Origin: Leucoraja ocellata
Lineage: Eukaryota
Direction: 5' to 3'
Length of the DNA stretch: 64,000 nucleotides
NCBI GenBank assembly: GCA_036785375.1
Contig: JAWMAR010000064.1
Span: 9,052,001 to 9,116,000, forward strand
Both the position numbers and the translations under genes were made by a program. Positions 37,504 to 50,260 of the stretch are shown here, piece by piece (the first letter of the stretch is position 1; each line of letters starts with the position of its first letter). Under the pieces are notes generated by a model. It saw nothing but the letters and a program-made list of their open reading frames with translations, searched no databases and was not told the DNA's origin.

Positions 37504-38549
37504 GGAAACATGGCACATCCAGACAATAATAACGAGGTAATCTTTTTGACGGAAATACATTGGCCAGGAAAACAAAGATAACGATCCTGCTGTATTCAAA
37601 CTAGTCCCTTCGTACCTTTTACAACCTCCTGAGAGAGAAGATAGAACCTCATTTTATTCACAGCACCTTATCCATAAAACAATTGTTGACAGAACAGCAT
37701 ACCATGTTAGAATACATTTAGATTTTTTTCTGCAAGCTTCAGGAGTTGAACTTGAACCTACAATCCCTGACTCCTGGATAGACGCGTCCACCAACATACT
37801 GTAGCTATAACTAACTCATAAGTTGAAATGAATAATGTATTTTCTGAAATCCTAGCACTAATGATGCCCTTTCAGTCTGCATAGATCAAAAGAGGTCATC
37901 AAATCAATAATTTTATAACTTTCAATTTCTCCTAAGCACAGAATAATGTCTGCAAAAACAAATGTTGAAGTTTTATTAATTTGCTTTGCCCTGATATATT
38001 GTATTTCCGAACCTCCATCCATCCTTGACCATGCGTGGTGAAATGTGAATGTAATTCAATCTGTGTCAGGCTAGCTGTGTGGTTAGTTCAAGCTGAAGTA
38101 TAAATGCTTTAACTATGCCAAGAGCAAGGGAAATTGTGAATATTGTACAAGCTATTCGTGGAAACTTGAATCAGATATCTATTCAAAATTCACCTCAGTG
38201 CTTCATTGTTATTTTTCATATTACCATATGTGAATTTCATACAGTTAGATTTATTAAATTTATTAAAATTGTACATCACAGTGATCTACATGCAAAATAA
38301 AGTTCAAAGATCAAGAAATAAATGGTTCGGGGATATTCCGACAGTTTGTGATTAAATAGGCCATAATCATTACGTGATTTTCAGACCTTCTGATCTGGTG
38401 CTTGGTAATTTTCATAACTGCCTTACAGTTTAAAGGAACTATTCTGAATGCAAATTAACACAAAGATGTTTCTGATGCACCAATTATCTATTGAATTAAT
38501 CTTTAAGGAATGAAATGAATTGATCAACTCATTAGTAGCAGCGCTTTAA

Positions 38550-38863
38550 TTTACTTTAGTTCAGAAATACAGCACAGAAACAGGCCCTTCAGCCCTCTGA
38601 GTCCACACCGACCAGCGAGCCCCGCACATTAATACTACCCAACACGCACTAGGGACAATTTTTTACATTTATACCAAGCCAATTAACCTACAAACCTGTA
38701 CGTCTTTGGAGTGTGGGAGGAAACCAAAAATGTCGGAGAAAACCCAACGTGGTCACGGGCAGAACAAACAAACCTGGTACAGACAAGCACCCATAGTTAG
38801 GATCAAACCTGGGTCTCTGGCATTGTAAGGCAGCAACACTACCGCTGCATCATCCTGCAACCC
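38550..38863 (-). mobile_element. HE1-like V-SINE
   Basis: Full-length match to the other copies in the window. Confidence 0.82.
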
Positions 38864-39829
38864 TTTAATTGGTTAAACAATTGAAATTGGAGCATTACAT
38901 GCTATTTTTCATGGCATCGGTCAGCAAATTGAGATGTGCTGAAATGCCTGTTTAGTATTCACTCCAATTTCCTGCGTGTTCAGTGTGAAGAAAGTCATTA
39001 TTTGTTTATGATTATTTATTACCATTAATGGACAGCCTTCTAGTGTAATCATGAAATTCATAAATGATTTGATTCGAAAGAGAAAAAATAATTCTGGAGT
39101 AAACTCTCGATAACAATACTAAAGAGACTGTAAGTAAAATAATTGTTTTCCCCTTTCTTGATTCAATAAACCTCCCCATCCTCCACCATTTGTAGTTGAT
39201 CACTTTGCCTAGGGTTTAGACCTACTTTGGGATGTGGTTAAAGCTACTGATTTCACATTTTTTCAAATAACCAATGTGCACACAATGGGAATTGGCTGTT
39301 CCACTTTCTTAAATCAGTTTTATTTTTTTTTATTTTTACACACAGCAGTCTCCATTATAGAGAGTGAACTGGGTCAAACAATTATGGAGTAGATTGCTAT
39401 TTCAAGACATGCTATGATTTGAGAAACCTGGATGACAATAGCGAGCCTATGCTTCCAAGAGACATTCTCCCACTTCATTTCACTTGCATATGAACTAAAT
39501 GAAATAACGTTGGTGTTAATGTAAAACAATTACTTGCTTATAGCTCTCTTCTCTTTTTTAGCCCTTAAAAGGCAATGAGATGTGTCCAACAGATCAATGA
39601 GAATTATGTCCACAGTTACAAAATATTTAATCTTTGCCTGCGCAGCCTGAATAACCTAATTACATGGAGGACATGCAATGGATTAATTATTTTTACATCT
39701 GCCAATAATTAAGGCTATTATAAGCTTGAACTGTGTTTTATTATTCCTAAATGTGAACTATCTAAATAGATTTGGATATTCCTTGATTGAGTAAAGCATC
39801 ACATGGCAAGTACGTATGTCTTTGCTTTA

Positions 39830-39980
39830 TGTGTGGGAAAGAACTGCAGATAATGGTTTAAATCAAAGGTAAACACTAAATGCTGGAGTAACTCAGGCAG
39901 AAGAAGGGACTCGAGACAAACGTCACCCATTCCTTCTCTCTAGAGATGCTACCTTAGTTACTCCAGGATTTTGTGTCGAT
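39830..39980. mobile_element. Penelope-derived inverted-pair repeat
   Basis: GAACTGCAGA...GCTGGAGTAACTCAG then GAAGAAGGG...AAACGTCACCCATTCC...TTTTGTGTC. Confidence 0.65.
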
Positions 39981-40740
39981 CTGCCTTTGTTTTATATTGT
40001 GCTGCGGGCAATCAAATTTCTTAAATGTTTTTTTTATGTTTCTTTTATTTGGAAGCAATTGTACAAGAAGAAAGTAATCGACATAACTATTATACAATTT
40101 TCGTACAGCTTCAGTTTTAACATTTTATAAACTGATAAGTGAATCGGAAAAAAATAAAAAGGAAAGAATGAAAAGGAAGAAGAAAGATACAAAAAAAGAA
40201 AGAAGAAAAATCCCCTGAACTAACAAAGAAATAAATAGAAAAAGTGGAGATATATCCCACTACACTTCCCTTCGCCCGCTCACTCGACCCGAGCGTCGGT
40301 TTTGAATTTGTGTTCAACCATTATGTTGTTGAAGAAAATCAATGAAAGGAGACCATATATTGGAAAATTGGTCTGATTTGTCAGCCAAAACAAGCCTTAC
40401 TTTTTCTAAATGTAGTGTCTCGATCATTTCTGTGATCCACATCTTCACTGTTATCTTTTTCCAGAATTTAAGTATGTTTTTTCGCAGTTATTAAACTATA
40501 GTCAAGGAAACGTCTTTGGAATATCGTTAATTTAGGGCAGCCCTCTGACATTCCTAATATTGTTAATTTTGAATCTGACTCCAATTGAATTTCGAGTGTT
40601 TTAGAAATGGTATTGAATATTCCAATCCAGAAATTTTGTATTTTTATACAGGATACAAAAGAATGGGTTAGGGTAGCTTCTTGGAGGTGACATTTATCAC
40701 AGAGAGGGGAGACAGTTGGGAAAATCATATTCAATTTGGT

Positions 40741-40943
40741 GTTTAAGAGGGAACTGCAGATGCTGGAGAATCGAAGGTTACACAGAAAAGCTGGAGAAAC
40801 TCAGCGGAACTCAAACTCAGCTTGTCCCCACCCACCCCCACCCCCGATCAGTCTGAAGAAGGGTTTCGGCCCGAAACGTTGCCTATTTCCTTCGCTCCAT
40901 AGATGCTGCTGCACCCGCTGAGTTTCTCCAGCTTTTCTGTGTA
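40741..40943. mobile_element. TSD-flanked Penelope-derived inverted repeat inside L1
   Basis: 14-bp TSD ATATTCAATTTGGT (40727-40740, 40944-40957); core CTGAAGAAGGGTTTCGGCCCGAAACGTT. Confidence 0.85.
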
Positions 40944-41336
40944 ATATTCAATTTGGTCTTTGGGTAGTGTAACCTATGCAATACTTTGAATTGTATCAGG
41001 CAAGGTCTGCCATTTAAAGAACAGTAATGTATGTATAGTAAGCTTTCCTCCCATATATCTTTTGAAATTGGTTAAACCCAGCTCGTCCTCCCATGCTCGC
41101 CTATAAATCTCAGAATGTGGGGTATCAATTTTTAAGAGAGTTATAAATGTAAGATATCAAATTACTTGTATCGGCATGTCTATTGAAACAATCGTCTAAT
41201 ATATCTGGACCCATAAAAGGACAGTCTTGTGTATATGTTTGCACGTAATCTCGGATTTGAAGGTATCTGAAAAAATTGTTTGAGTTCAAGTGATATTTCT
41301 CCTGTAGTTCTTGAAAAGAAAAGAGTCCCCTTCTTA

Positions 41337-43268
41337 AACCCCTTTCTCACGGGGCGACTTGACGCAAGAGTTAACCAGAGTTGAACATCGTGGGAACCTC
41401 TGGCGATAACCGTACGGCATTCGTGGACCACCGTGGCACTAACGGCAGGTACTCGTGTAACTTGGTGACTCGGGAGAAAAATCAAACAAGCTTGAATTTC
41501 TCCAAGAGTGACTTGTACACTTGTGGTTGAACATTGAAACATTATATGCATGTAGTGGCCAGTGCGATATCCGTACTGACTCTTGCGTGTTCCGTGGGAA
41601 CTCCTGCGAACGGTGAACCCGGAAGCTGGACAGAGGGGACAGACGGTGAGTAAAAATTGTCTTCTGTGGGATTAAATTAAAAAAATAAAGACTTGCATCC
41701 GCATATGGACATCAACTTATTCATGTTATGTTAATGAGATTCAAGAAAATAACTATAATCTTTAAAAGGGACTTTACTGAAAGGTCCCGCAGTTTTATGG
41801 TCCGTGAGAAATTTTTCACATGTACTTCTTTGAAGATACAGCTCGGCGCCCTCGCCGACCAGCGATCGATGCCTTTCCGAAGCAGGGTCCGGAAGGCTAC
41901 CAATCAATGTTCTCCAGAGACCCGTGTAAAGGAGTGAACTGTACATGCTAGTTTAAAACGAAGACAGACACAAAAAGCTAGAGTAACTCAGCGAGTCAAG
42001 CAGCATCTCTGGAGAAAAATAGGTGATGTTTCGGGACGAGACACACCTTCAGACTCAATTCCGATTAGGATGTCTGAAGAAGGGTTCCAATTCGAATCGC
42101 CACCTATTCCTTTTCTCCAGAGATGCTGCTTGGCCCGCTGAGTTACTCCAGCATTTTGTGTCTAATTTGTTGATTCAGACAGTTTTTGATTATCAAGGAT
42201 TCTGCGCTGACTCTTTACTCTGAAACACACGTTGGAAATTTAAACTTGGGCGCAACTAACATCGTCTTACTACCGTGGGAACTCTTTAACTCAGCGGGCA
42301 GTCAGCAGTTAATTGTTGCTCCCTTCAGTTTCCCAGGGGGTCGGGACGGGACTGGAGTTGGTAGGGAAAGGTGGGGGAGTCGAGGGAGAGGAGGGTGAGA
42401 CAGATGGGGGTGTCTTCATTTACTGACAGCGGGTGTCTGTCACTGAAACAGGCAGGTGAGATTTCACATCCACCTTGTGTGTGCCTCTCTCTCTCTCCCT
42501 CCCTCCTTCTCACACAGGCTGAGAGACTCTGCCTTTGTGAGTGTACCTATCTTTCTCCCCCTCTCCCACACACAGTAAGACCGAGGTACTGTGCTCAGTC
42601 CATCTGTGTCTCCCACATACACAGTAAAACTCTGCTTTGTGTGTGTGTATACGTCTCCCCTCATTTCTCTCTCTCCCCCCCCACCCCTCTCTTTCTCCCC
42701 CTCCCCACCTCTCTCTTTCTCCCCCTCCCCCATCTCTCTCTTTCTCCCCCTCCCCCACCTCTCTCTTTCTCCCCCCACACACAGTAAGACCGATGTATTC
42801 TGCTTAGTCTCTCTTCGCTCCCACACACATAGATAAACCAAGGTCATGTGCGCTCTTCCGCCAGTCACTCTGATGTACATCACACTGCCTCTGTGCCTCT
42901 CTCTGTGTCTCTCTCCCCCTCTCTCCTAAGTAATGTGGCATCTTCCTGCAGTAAAGTCACGGCATTAGTACAGACATGTCTCCAAATGAGCCAATTCAAC
43001 CAAGGGAGGATATTTATAGTGTGTGAAAAAAAAGTGACACCATTTGTGCCACGTGATGATTTAATTACACTTGACAGTTCACAATGTTCATTCAAGATTT
43101 AACGGGAAAGCTCGGGAGACGGACAAGTCACTCGCACAAATAACAGAAATGCCGAGTACCGTGGGAACTCTTTGTCTACCCCCCGTTATATCGTGTGATA
43201 TCGTGCTAGACCACGACCACTTCACTCTGGTTACATCTTGCGTCAAGTCGCCCCGTGACAAAGGCCTA
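41337..43268. mobile_element. 1.9-kb PIF/Harbinger-type non-autonomous transposon inside L1 ORF2
   Basis: ~45-bp TIR (TCACGGGGCGACTTGACGCAAGA..TAACCAGAGT) and TTA TSD; removing it restores ...TVGYLYKKGTL; it contains a Penelope-derived palindrome at 41960-42165. Confidence 0.88.
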
Positions 43269-46200
43269 TTATAGAGGTATCCCACAGTATTAATCCCCAG
43301 GTTTTTCCATTGAACAAACACCATATCTAAAGTAGACAATTTAAATGAGGGATTGTTTGCAATAGGAAGAAGGAGAGACATGTTTCTCTATTTAAGACTG
43401 AATTTCAACTGTTTCCAGATACGGATAGTACTGTGTATTATCAGATTTTGCTCATACGTTGATTTATTCAAATGTGTTGTTGATAGGAGGATCGAGCCTA
43501 TATTAAAAGGCAAACAATCTTCCCTCTCCATGTTTAACCAATTTACATGTTGACATGTATCGTCCAACCAGAAGATTATATTTTTAATGTTAGTTGCCCA
43601 GTAGTAAAAAAGAAAATTAGGAAGAGCTAATCCTCCATTTTCTTTGGATTTGCACAAATGTCTTTTGTGTATTCTATGGGTTCTGCAGTCCTAAAGAAAG
43701 TTAGTGACAATAGAATCAATTTAAAAAAAAAAAATTTTTGGAGATATATCATTATTGATTGAAATAAATATAGGAGTTGCGGAAGGAAGATCATCTTTAT
43801 GGCATTTAATCTACCAATAAGGGAGATAGGAAGTGTTTTCCAAAATTGAATATAGGCATATAGTTTAGTGATTAATGGTGGGAAGTTTATTTTAAACAGT
43901 GAGGAATACTTTCTAGTCACGTAAATTCTGAGATATCTGAACTTTTCGGTAACAATTCGGAAAGGAATTTTTTTGAGTTTAGAAGGGTCTTGTTCTTTTA
44001 TTGGCATAATTTCACTTTTATTCCAATTTATTCTGTATCCTGAGAAAGAACCAAATTGTTCTATAATGTTTAGCACATTTGGAATACTAACTTGGGGATT
44101 AGTAATGTATAGAAGTACATCATCTGCATATAACAAGATGTTATTGGTGGTATATTTGGTATTATATTCATAAATGCCTGAATGGGACCTAATACGTTCG
44201 GCAAGGGGTTCTATGGCAAAAGCAAATAACATTTGATAAAGGGCACATCCTTGTCTGTTACTCCTAGATAAATAAAATTTAGGTTAAAGCTTTTGATTTG
44301 TCAGTATTCTGGCTGTCGGATTAGTGTATTAAAGCTTCACCCATAAAGTAAAGTTTTCTCCCAATTTAAATTTTTCCAACACTGTGAAAAGATAAGACTA
44401 TTCCACTTGGTCGAAAGCTTTTTCTGCATCTAGAGAAATAATTGTTAAATCTTCATTTGTCATTCTATGCGAATATATTATGTTAAACAAACATCTCAAA
44501 TTATAAAACGAATGTCGTTTAGGTATAAACCCAGTCTGATCTGGATGTATTAGTTTACTGATAACCAAGCTTAATCTATGAGCCAAAGTCTAAGCTAGTA
44601 TCTTCTGATCCGTATTTAAAAGGGGGCTATTGCCCTATAGGATCAAGGCTCCTCGAGATTTTTATATTTTTTTGGAATCAATGTAATAATTGATTCAGCA
44701 AGAGTTTGTGGTAAAGTCTGTTCTTTAAATGCTTGAATATAAAGGAGTTGTAAACATGGGGAAATTAAATAATTATTTTTTTTATAAAATTAGTTACTAA
44801 ACCCATTCGGACCCGGAGTTTTTCCACTTTTTAATGATTTAATAGTCTCTACGATGTCTTTTGTTGTTATCTCTGCTCCTAATTCATCCCGTTCCTCCTC
44901 ATTAAGGGATGGGAGATTGCAATTCTCAAGAAAACTTTTCATCTTTGCGGGATCGGCTGTTGTTTTTGATGAATATAGTGTTTGGTAGTATTGTAAGAAT
45001 CTTTCATTAATATCTTTAGGCAATGTAAGCAGATCTCCTTTTTCTGATCTAATTTTGCGTATTGTACGGTCATTCTCTAATTTGCGGAGTTGACGTGCCA
45101 GTACCCTGTGTGGTTTATCACCAAATTCAAAGTTTTTTTGCTTAGTATAATGAAATACCCTAATAATTTTTGCAGGAAGAATCTGATTTAATTTAGATTT
45201 TAATGCAGCTATCTTAGTATGTTTTGCAGTGGTTGGGTCAACCGCATTTTCTAAGTAGCTGTTTAATCGTTTTCTCTAATTCCAATTGTTCAGTCTTATT
45301 TTTCTTGTTTTGAAAAGCTTGGTATGTGATAATACAGCCTCCAACATAGGCTTTAAAAGTTTCCCACAGCAACGATGAAGAAATACTCGGGGTGTCGTTT
45401 GTCTCAAAAAATGTTTTCATCTGTAGCTTCAAATAGTCACAACAATTGGGGATTATCGAAATTAGGAGCATAAATATTCACCATATTCAATGGAATTGAA
45501 TATAATTCCCCGGATATTATAATGTACCTGCCTTCCTTATCAGCTACAGTGCATTTGTGTTTGAATGGTATACCTTTATGAATTAGAATTGCTGTTTCTC
45601 TTGCTTTGGAAGAAAAAGTTAAATTATATAATTGACCAATCCAGCTACCCTTCAGCCTGTTGTGAGCTCCATTTTTGAGATGTGTCTCCTGTAGAAATAG
45701 TATATGTATTAATAGATTTTGTGGGCTAATACTTTGCCCCTTTTAATTGGCTCATTAATGTCCCTAACATTCCAACTACAAAATGTAATTCCTCCTATTT
45801 TCCTAGCTTCATCATCTTGCATTTTGAAGCTTACATGGTCTCTTTTGATTTAAATGGTCCAACACATATTTTTTTAATTGCTGGGTGGGTGAGCCCTATC
45901 CTCTTTTCCTCTATCCCCCAGAGATATGTCCAAGAAAAATGTGCATTCATAAAAATAGATATGATATTTAGTAAAGAAAATAGAAAGTGAAAAAAAAACA
46001 ATGGAAATTACAGCATATAGAAATGCTGCTGGTGAATACCACCCAACAGTGGTTGGGTTAGTGAAAACTTCCGTAAGATAGATAATATTAAGTAAGCCCG
46101 CACCTTAAGGAGTTACTAAAAACTAACAGAACAAACCTTAAAAAGGTTTAACAGTATTTAAATCTATCAGGGAATCAACATTCCCAAGAAATTAAGTATC

Positions 46201-46829
46201 TTGGTGTGCTCTAATTAAGTAGTTGAATATTGAGAAATGTGACTAATATATGGCATTTATTACTTAACTTTCTATTAATACTGTTTTCATGTAATAGCCG
46301 ACTTTGTCGGTGAATTTATAACAACATTGATTACAAACGCCATTTCACACACTCATTTCTCCTTCTCTCTCTCTCTCTCTCTCTCCCTCTCTCAATCACT
46401 CCAAAACTTTCCAAACCATTCTCTAAACTTTCCAAGACTTTCCAAAACTTTCTCAACAGTTTCCAATACTTCCCCAACCTCTCACACATTAATTCTCTCT
46501 CTCCCCCTCTCTCTCCCCCTCTCCCCGTTTCCCATAACTCCCTCTCTCCCTCTTCCCTTCCCTCTCTCCCAAATCTTTCCACAACTTTCTCAAACATTCT
46601 CCCACATATATTATCTCTCACTCCCTACTTCTCTACTTCTCTACCCCTACCCCTCCCCCTCTCTCCCTCTCTCTCTGTCTCTCTATCTCTCAAGTTCTCT
46701 GTTTGACATATTAACCAACTCTGAGTCAGTGGATTTATAACAACGTATTCATTATAAACACAGTATAAACACAATATAACCCTTTTGAATATCATCATGG
46801 TATATACTCAGTAGCACAAATACTTATCC

Positions 46830-47758
46830 CTTGACGGATCCCGCAGTATCTTGGGCAAACTTGAATGCTTTATCAGGATCGGTAAAAAAGTATTCAGTCC
46901 CTCATAATTTGGCAGGATATAGAAGGCCAAATCAGAGGTCTGGTATGTCCCTCAAAATAGCTATTGACATGGAGAAGAGTGCTCTTTTCTTAACGACATC
47001 GGCAGGAAAGTCTCTGAAGATTCGTATGTTTTCACCTTCAAATGTTAGGTTTTTGTTGTTGGCAACTTTCTGCAGAATGTCCTCTAGAACATGGCAGTGA
47101 TGTACCCTCAAAATCAAATGTCTTGGTGGAGCTGTGCTGTCTGACCGGGCTCTCAGAGCTCTGTGAGCCCGGTCAAGTCTAGGTTTTTCACCCAAAGAGA
47201 GTACCTCTTGCAGTCGTAGAGCCTTAAAATCTCGAAGATTTTTACCATGTTCTTTGCTTTCTTTCACTCCAACAATTCTTAGGTTCTGACGTTTAGAGCG
47301 CCCTTCCAAATCAAGACATTTTTCTGTTACTTTGGCTAGTAACCCGGAGATACGCTCCACCTCAGCCGTCAGCCTGTGTGTTGTCTCGACATTTAAAGCC
47401 ACAGTAGTTTCCAATTCCCGAATAGCCTTGCTTTGTTTTTTTGAAGTATCAAGAATAGGTTCCAACTGATAACGGTTTCAAGCCTGTGGATTTCCCCTTT
47501 CAAGTCGGAATTCACCTCCTCTATACGGGCATCAATCTTATCAATCTTGCCACAGATTTCTACCGTCACAGCTGAAATTTCCACCTTCACTGCAGAAAGT
47601 TGTTCACCCAATAGTGAACGGATATCCTCCAAACCCGGAGGTTGCCTTGCTGCTTCCTCTCGGGGGTGCTCCATAATCGAGGTCGAGGTTTCTTCGGGGC
47701 CTTCAATAACTTCTGGTTGTCGTTTCCTACGTGGTTTTGATGAGTGTCTACCGGGCAT
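46830..47758 (-). pseudogene. L1 ORF1 (coiled coil plus RRM), frameshifted
   Basis: CLDLEGRSKRQNLRIVGVKE...LDRAHR...PRHLILR...IRIFRDF. Confidence 0.9.
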
Positions 47759-48057
47759 TTTAAAAGTACTGGAGTCTCGTTCTGATGACGTCACTTATGC
47801 GACTACTTATCGTCTGCCGGTGAGTATCTTTAAATCTGTCCGGTTTAGATTTTCAGTGGTTTTTCGACGTTTTAGTGGTGCGGAGCTAAATGGCGCATGC
47901 CCTAAGCCACCATAGCGCCACTGGAAGTGCAAATCTCTTCAATGTTAAAGATAATTTTTTAATTTGATTATTTGGTGGGGAAAAGAACAAAATTGCATGA
48001 ACTGTAAATGTTATACATCGTCTGATTTTACTCTTCATTGACTATACAAAAGAGTAA

Positions 48058-48429
48058 AGGGCCTGTCCCACGAGCATGCGACCTGCATGCGGTAAGTGCG
48101 ACCTAAAGGGCCGGTCCCACCAGCATGTTCTTGCATGCGGCAAACGCGACCAAACCAGAAGCAGGGGCCGAGCGGAGGTCGAGCGAGTGACATGAAGTTC
48201 GAGCGAAGTCCGCGGGAAATTCACGCATGACGCCGGCAGGCCGTTGCCGCACAGAAATTTTAAACATGATCAGTTTTTCGGCACCCCGCGCAATGTCGGG
48301 ACCAGCTCCGCACAACACCATACGGCTTTGGCAATTGAAGTGGGACCGGCCCCGCGAGGCCGTATGGCTCAAGTGACCACGTTAGGTCATGCTTGCCACA
48401 TGGAGTCGCATGCTCGTGGGACAGGCCCT
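48058..48429. mobile_element. PIF/Harbinger MITE with a second internal TIR pair
   Basis: ~49-bp outer TIR, TAA TSD; inner GGGCCGGTCCCAC...GTGGGACCGGCCC at ~48107-48353. Confidence 0.85.
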
Positions 48430-48431
48430 TA

Positions 48432-50260
48432 AAGCTTGCCAGTCCTCCCTCTCTTTTACCCCCACCTCTATTTGGCATGTAGCATATGTACCCTGAAGTG
48501 TTAAGCTACCAGTTCTGTTCCTCTTTTGGTCATGTTTCCATAATGACTTTAACGTCCCAGCACCTATCCAAGCCCTGTGTTCATCCACCTTGCCTGCCAA
48601 TCATTGAAATAAATGGAATTTAATCCAATATAATTTCACACAAATGGGATGGTGGGTGTATGGAAGAAGCTGCCACAGGAGGTAGTTGAGGCTGGGACTA
48701 TCCCAATGACTAAGAAACAGTTCGACAAGTACATAGATAGGACAGGTTTGGAAGGATATGGACCAAGCACAGTCAGGTGGGATTAATGTAGCTGGGACAT
48801 GTTGGCCGGTGTGGGCCGAAAAGCCTGTTTCTACACTGTATCACTCTGTGACTTTATGACTCTAATCCAATCATTTTCCCACTCTCGCTCTTGTATTCCT
48901 GCTATCTTGCCTCCTGAGCTTGCCGTCATTGACGACTGTACTGACTTCCAGCCTCCCTTCCCCTGTTCAATCCAGAGAAGGAACGCTACCCCCTGCACCA
49001 ACCATGCAGCCAAGCATTCATCGGTCCTATCTTCGTATTCTCATACTCATAACCATTTACCTAACTCCTTGTATTCACTCTGCAAGACCTCATCACTCCT
49101 ACATTTATCACCATGCCTTTGTACGCAATGACCTTTGGCTGTTTACAATCTCCCTTGATAATATTCTGCAGCTGCTTTGAGAGAGGCTGGAACTGAGAGC
49201 CCGGGAAGCAACATCTTCCTGGAGCCCTGTTTGCTGCCACATGATTTCCTATCTGTCCTTCCAACTAATGTGCCTCCACTCTCAATCGCCCTGTCTCACT
49301 TTTAAACCCCTCTGCCTGAAGAAGGGTCTCGACCCAAAACTCTATTCCCTTTGTCCTGTCCTTATATATACCCTTCCTTATCTATGCACTGCCCACTCCG
49401 CTGACTCCTCAGCCTGAAAAAGGCTCTCATCCCAAAACGCCACCCATTCCTTCTCTGCCTGTCCCGCTGAGTTACTATTTTGTGTCTATCTTCACTTAAC
49501 CCAACCCTGCTGAACCTTAGAGCTGGGCATAATGCCGTGGACATGACTGTTGCTGCTGCTCTCCTCTGAACAGCCATCCCTCCCCAACAGTAAGCCAAAA
49601 TATATACTTGTTTTTGAGGCCACAGGAGATTCCTAATCTCTCTGCCCCTAGTGGTCACCCATCTATTTTCTGCCTGTAACCGAAGTGTAATGCCCTTACT
49701 ATAACTCCTATCTACAGTATGACGTTCTCATTTTCCTGGACTTCAGAGATACAGACTTTAGAGATATAGCACAGAAACAGGCCCTTCGGCACATGCTGAC
49801 CAGCGATCACCCCATACACTAACAATATCCTACATGCTAGGTACAATTTTACCAAAGTCAATTATCCCCACAAACCTGCACGTTTTTGGAGTGTGAGTGG
49901 AAACCGGAGCACCCAGAGAAAACCCACGCGGTCACAGGGAGATTATTCAAACTCCGTACAGACAGCACCGGTAGTCAGGATCGAACCCGGGTCCCTGGCA
50001 CAACTCTACCGCTGTGCCACTGTGCCACCCCCTTCTTTAGGTCATCTGGCTGCAGCTCCAGTTACCTCATATGTTCAGTCAGAAGCTGCAGTTGGATGCA
50101 CTACCGACAAGTGCAGACACCCTGGCTTCCCACATCCTGCAGTGGGTGCATACCAGTGCTCTAACTGACCTCTCCTGCACTAAGACCAAGGAAGAGTTGC
50201 ACAAAAAAGAGATGGACCTTACCTTACCCTGACGTCACCCTCTGTTCCGCCTCTTTGCAA
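48432..50260 (-). mobile_element. Old CR1 5' and ORF1/EN fragments with nested CR1 tail (48630-48862), Penelope-derived repeat (49315-49492) and V-SINE (49757-50028)
   Basis: Reverse complement of 50040-50118 reads C..CIQLQLLTEHMR.LELQ, like the CR1 ORF1 zinc-finger/zipper. Confidence 0.55.

Larger units (their letters stand above)
40295..45822 (-). pseudogene. L1 ORF2 (endonuclease, RT, C-terminal Cys-rich), many frameshifts
   Basis: FCSWNV, FLQETH, GKTPGPNG, IHPDQTGFIP, SLDAEKAFD, LYADDVLLY, GGLALPN, CDKC...TLTHSF..C. Confidence 0.92.
40030..47929 (-). mobile_element. Full-length decayed L1-clade LINE with two nested insertions
   Basis: ORF1, ORF2 and A-rich tail; TSD CAAATTTCTTAAATGTT (40013-40029) versus CAAATCTCTTCAATGTT (47930-47946). 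Confidence 0.92.

Noticed and set aside
42371-42883. ORFs inside the 1.9-kb Harbinger-type element as a transposase
   Set aside because: Low-complexity CT/GA sequence with no DDE or Myb-like motifs.
50212-50240. Minus-strand splice donor and TGACGTCA suggesting a host exon
   Set aside because: Lies at the 5' end of a decayed CR1 fragment; no linked exon found.
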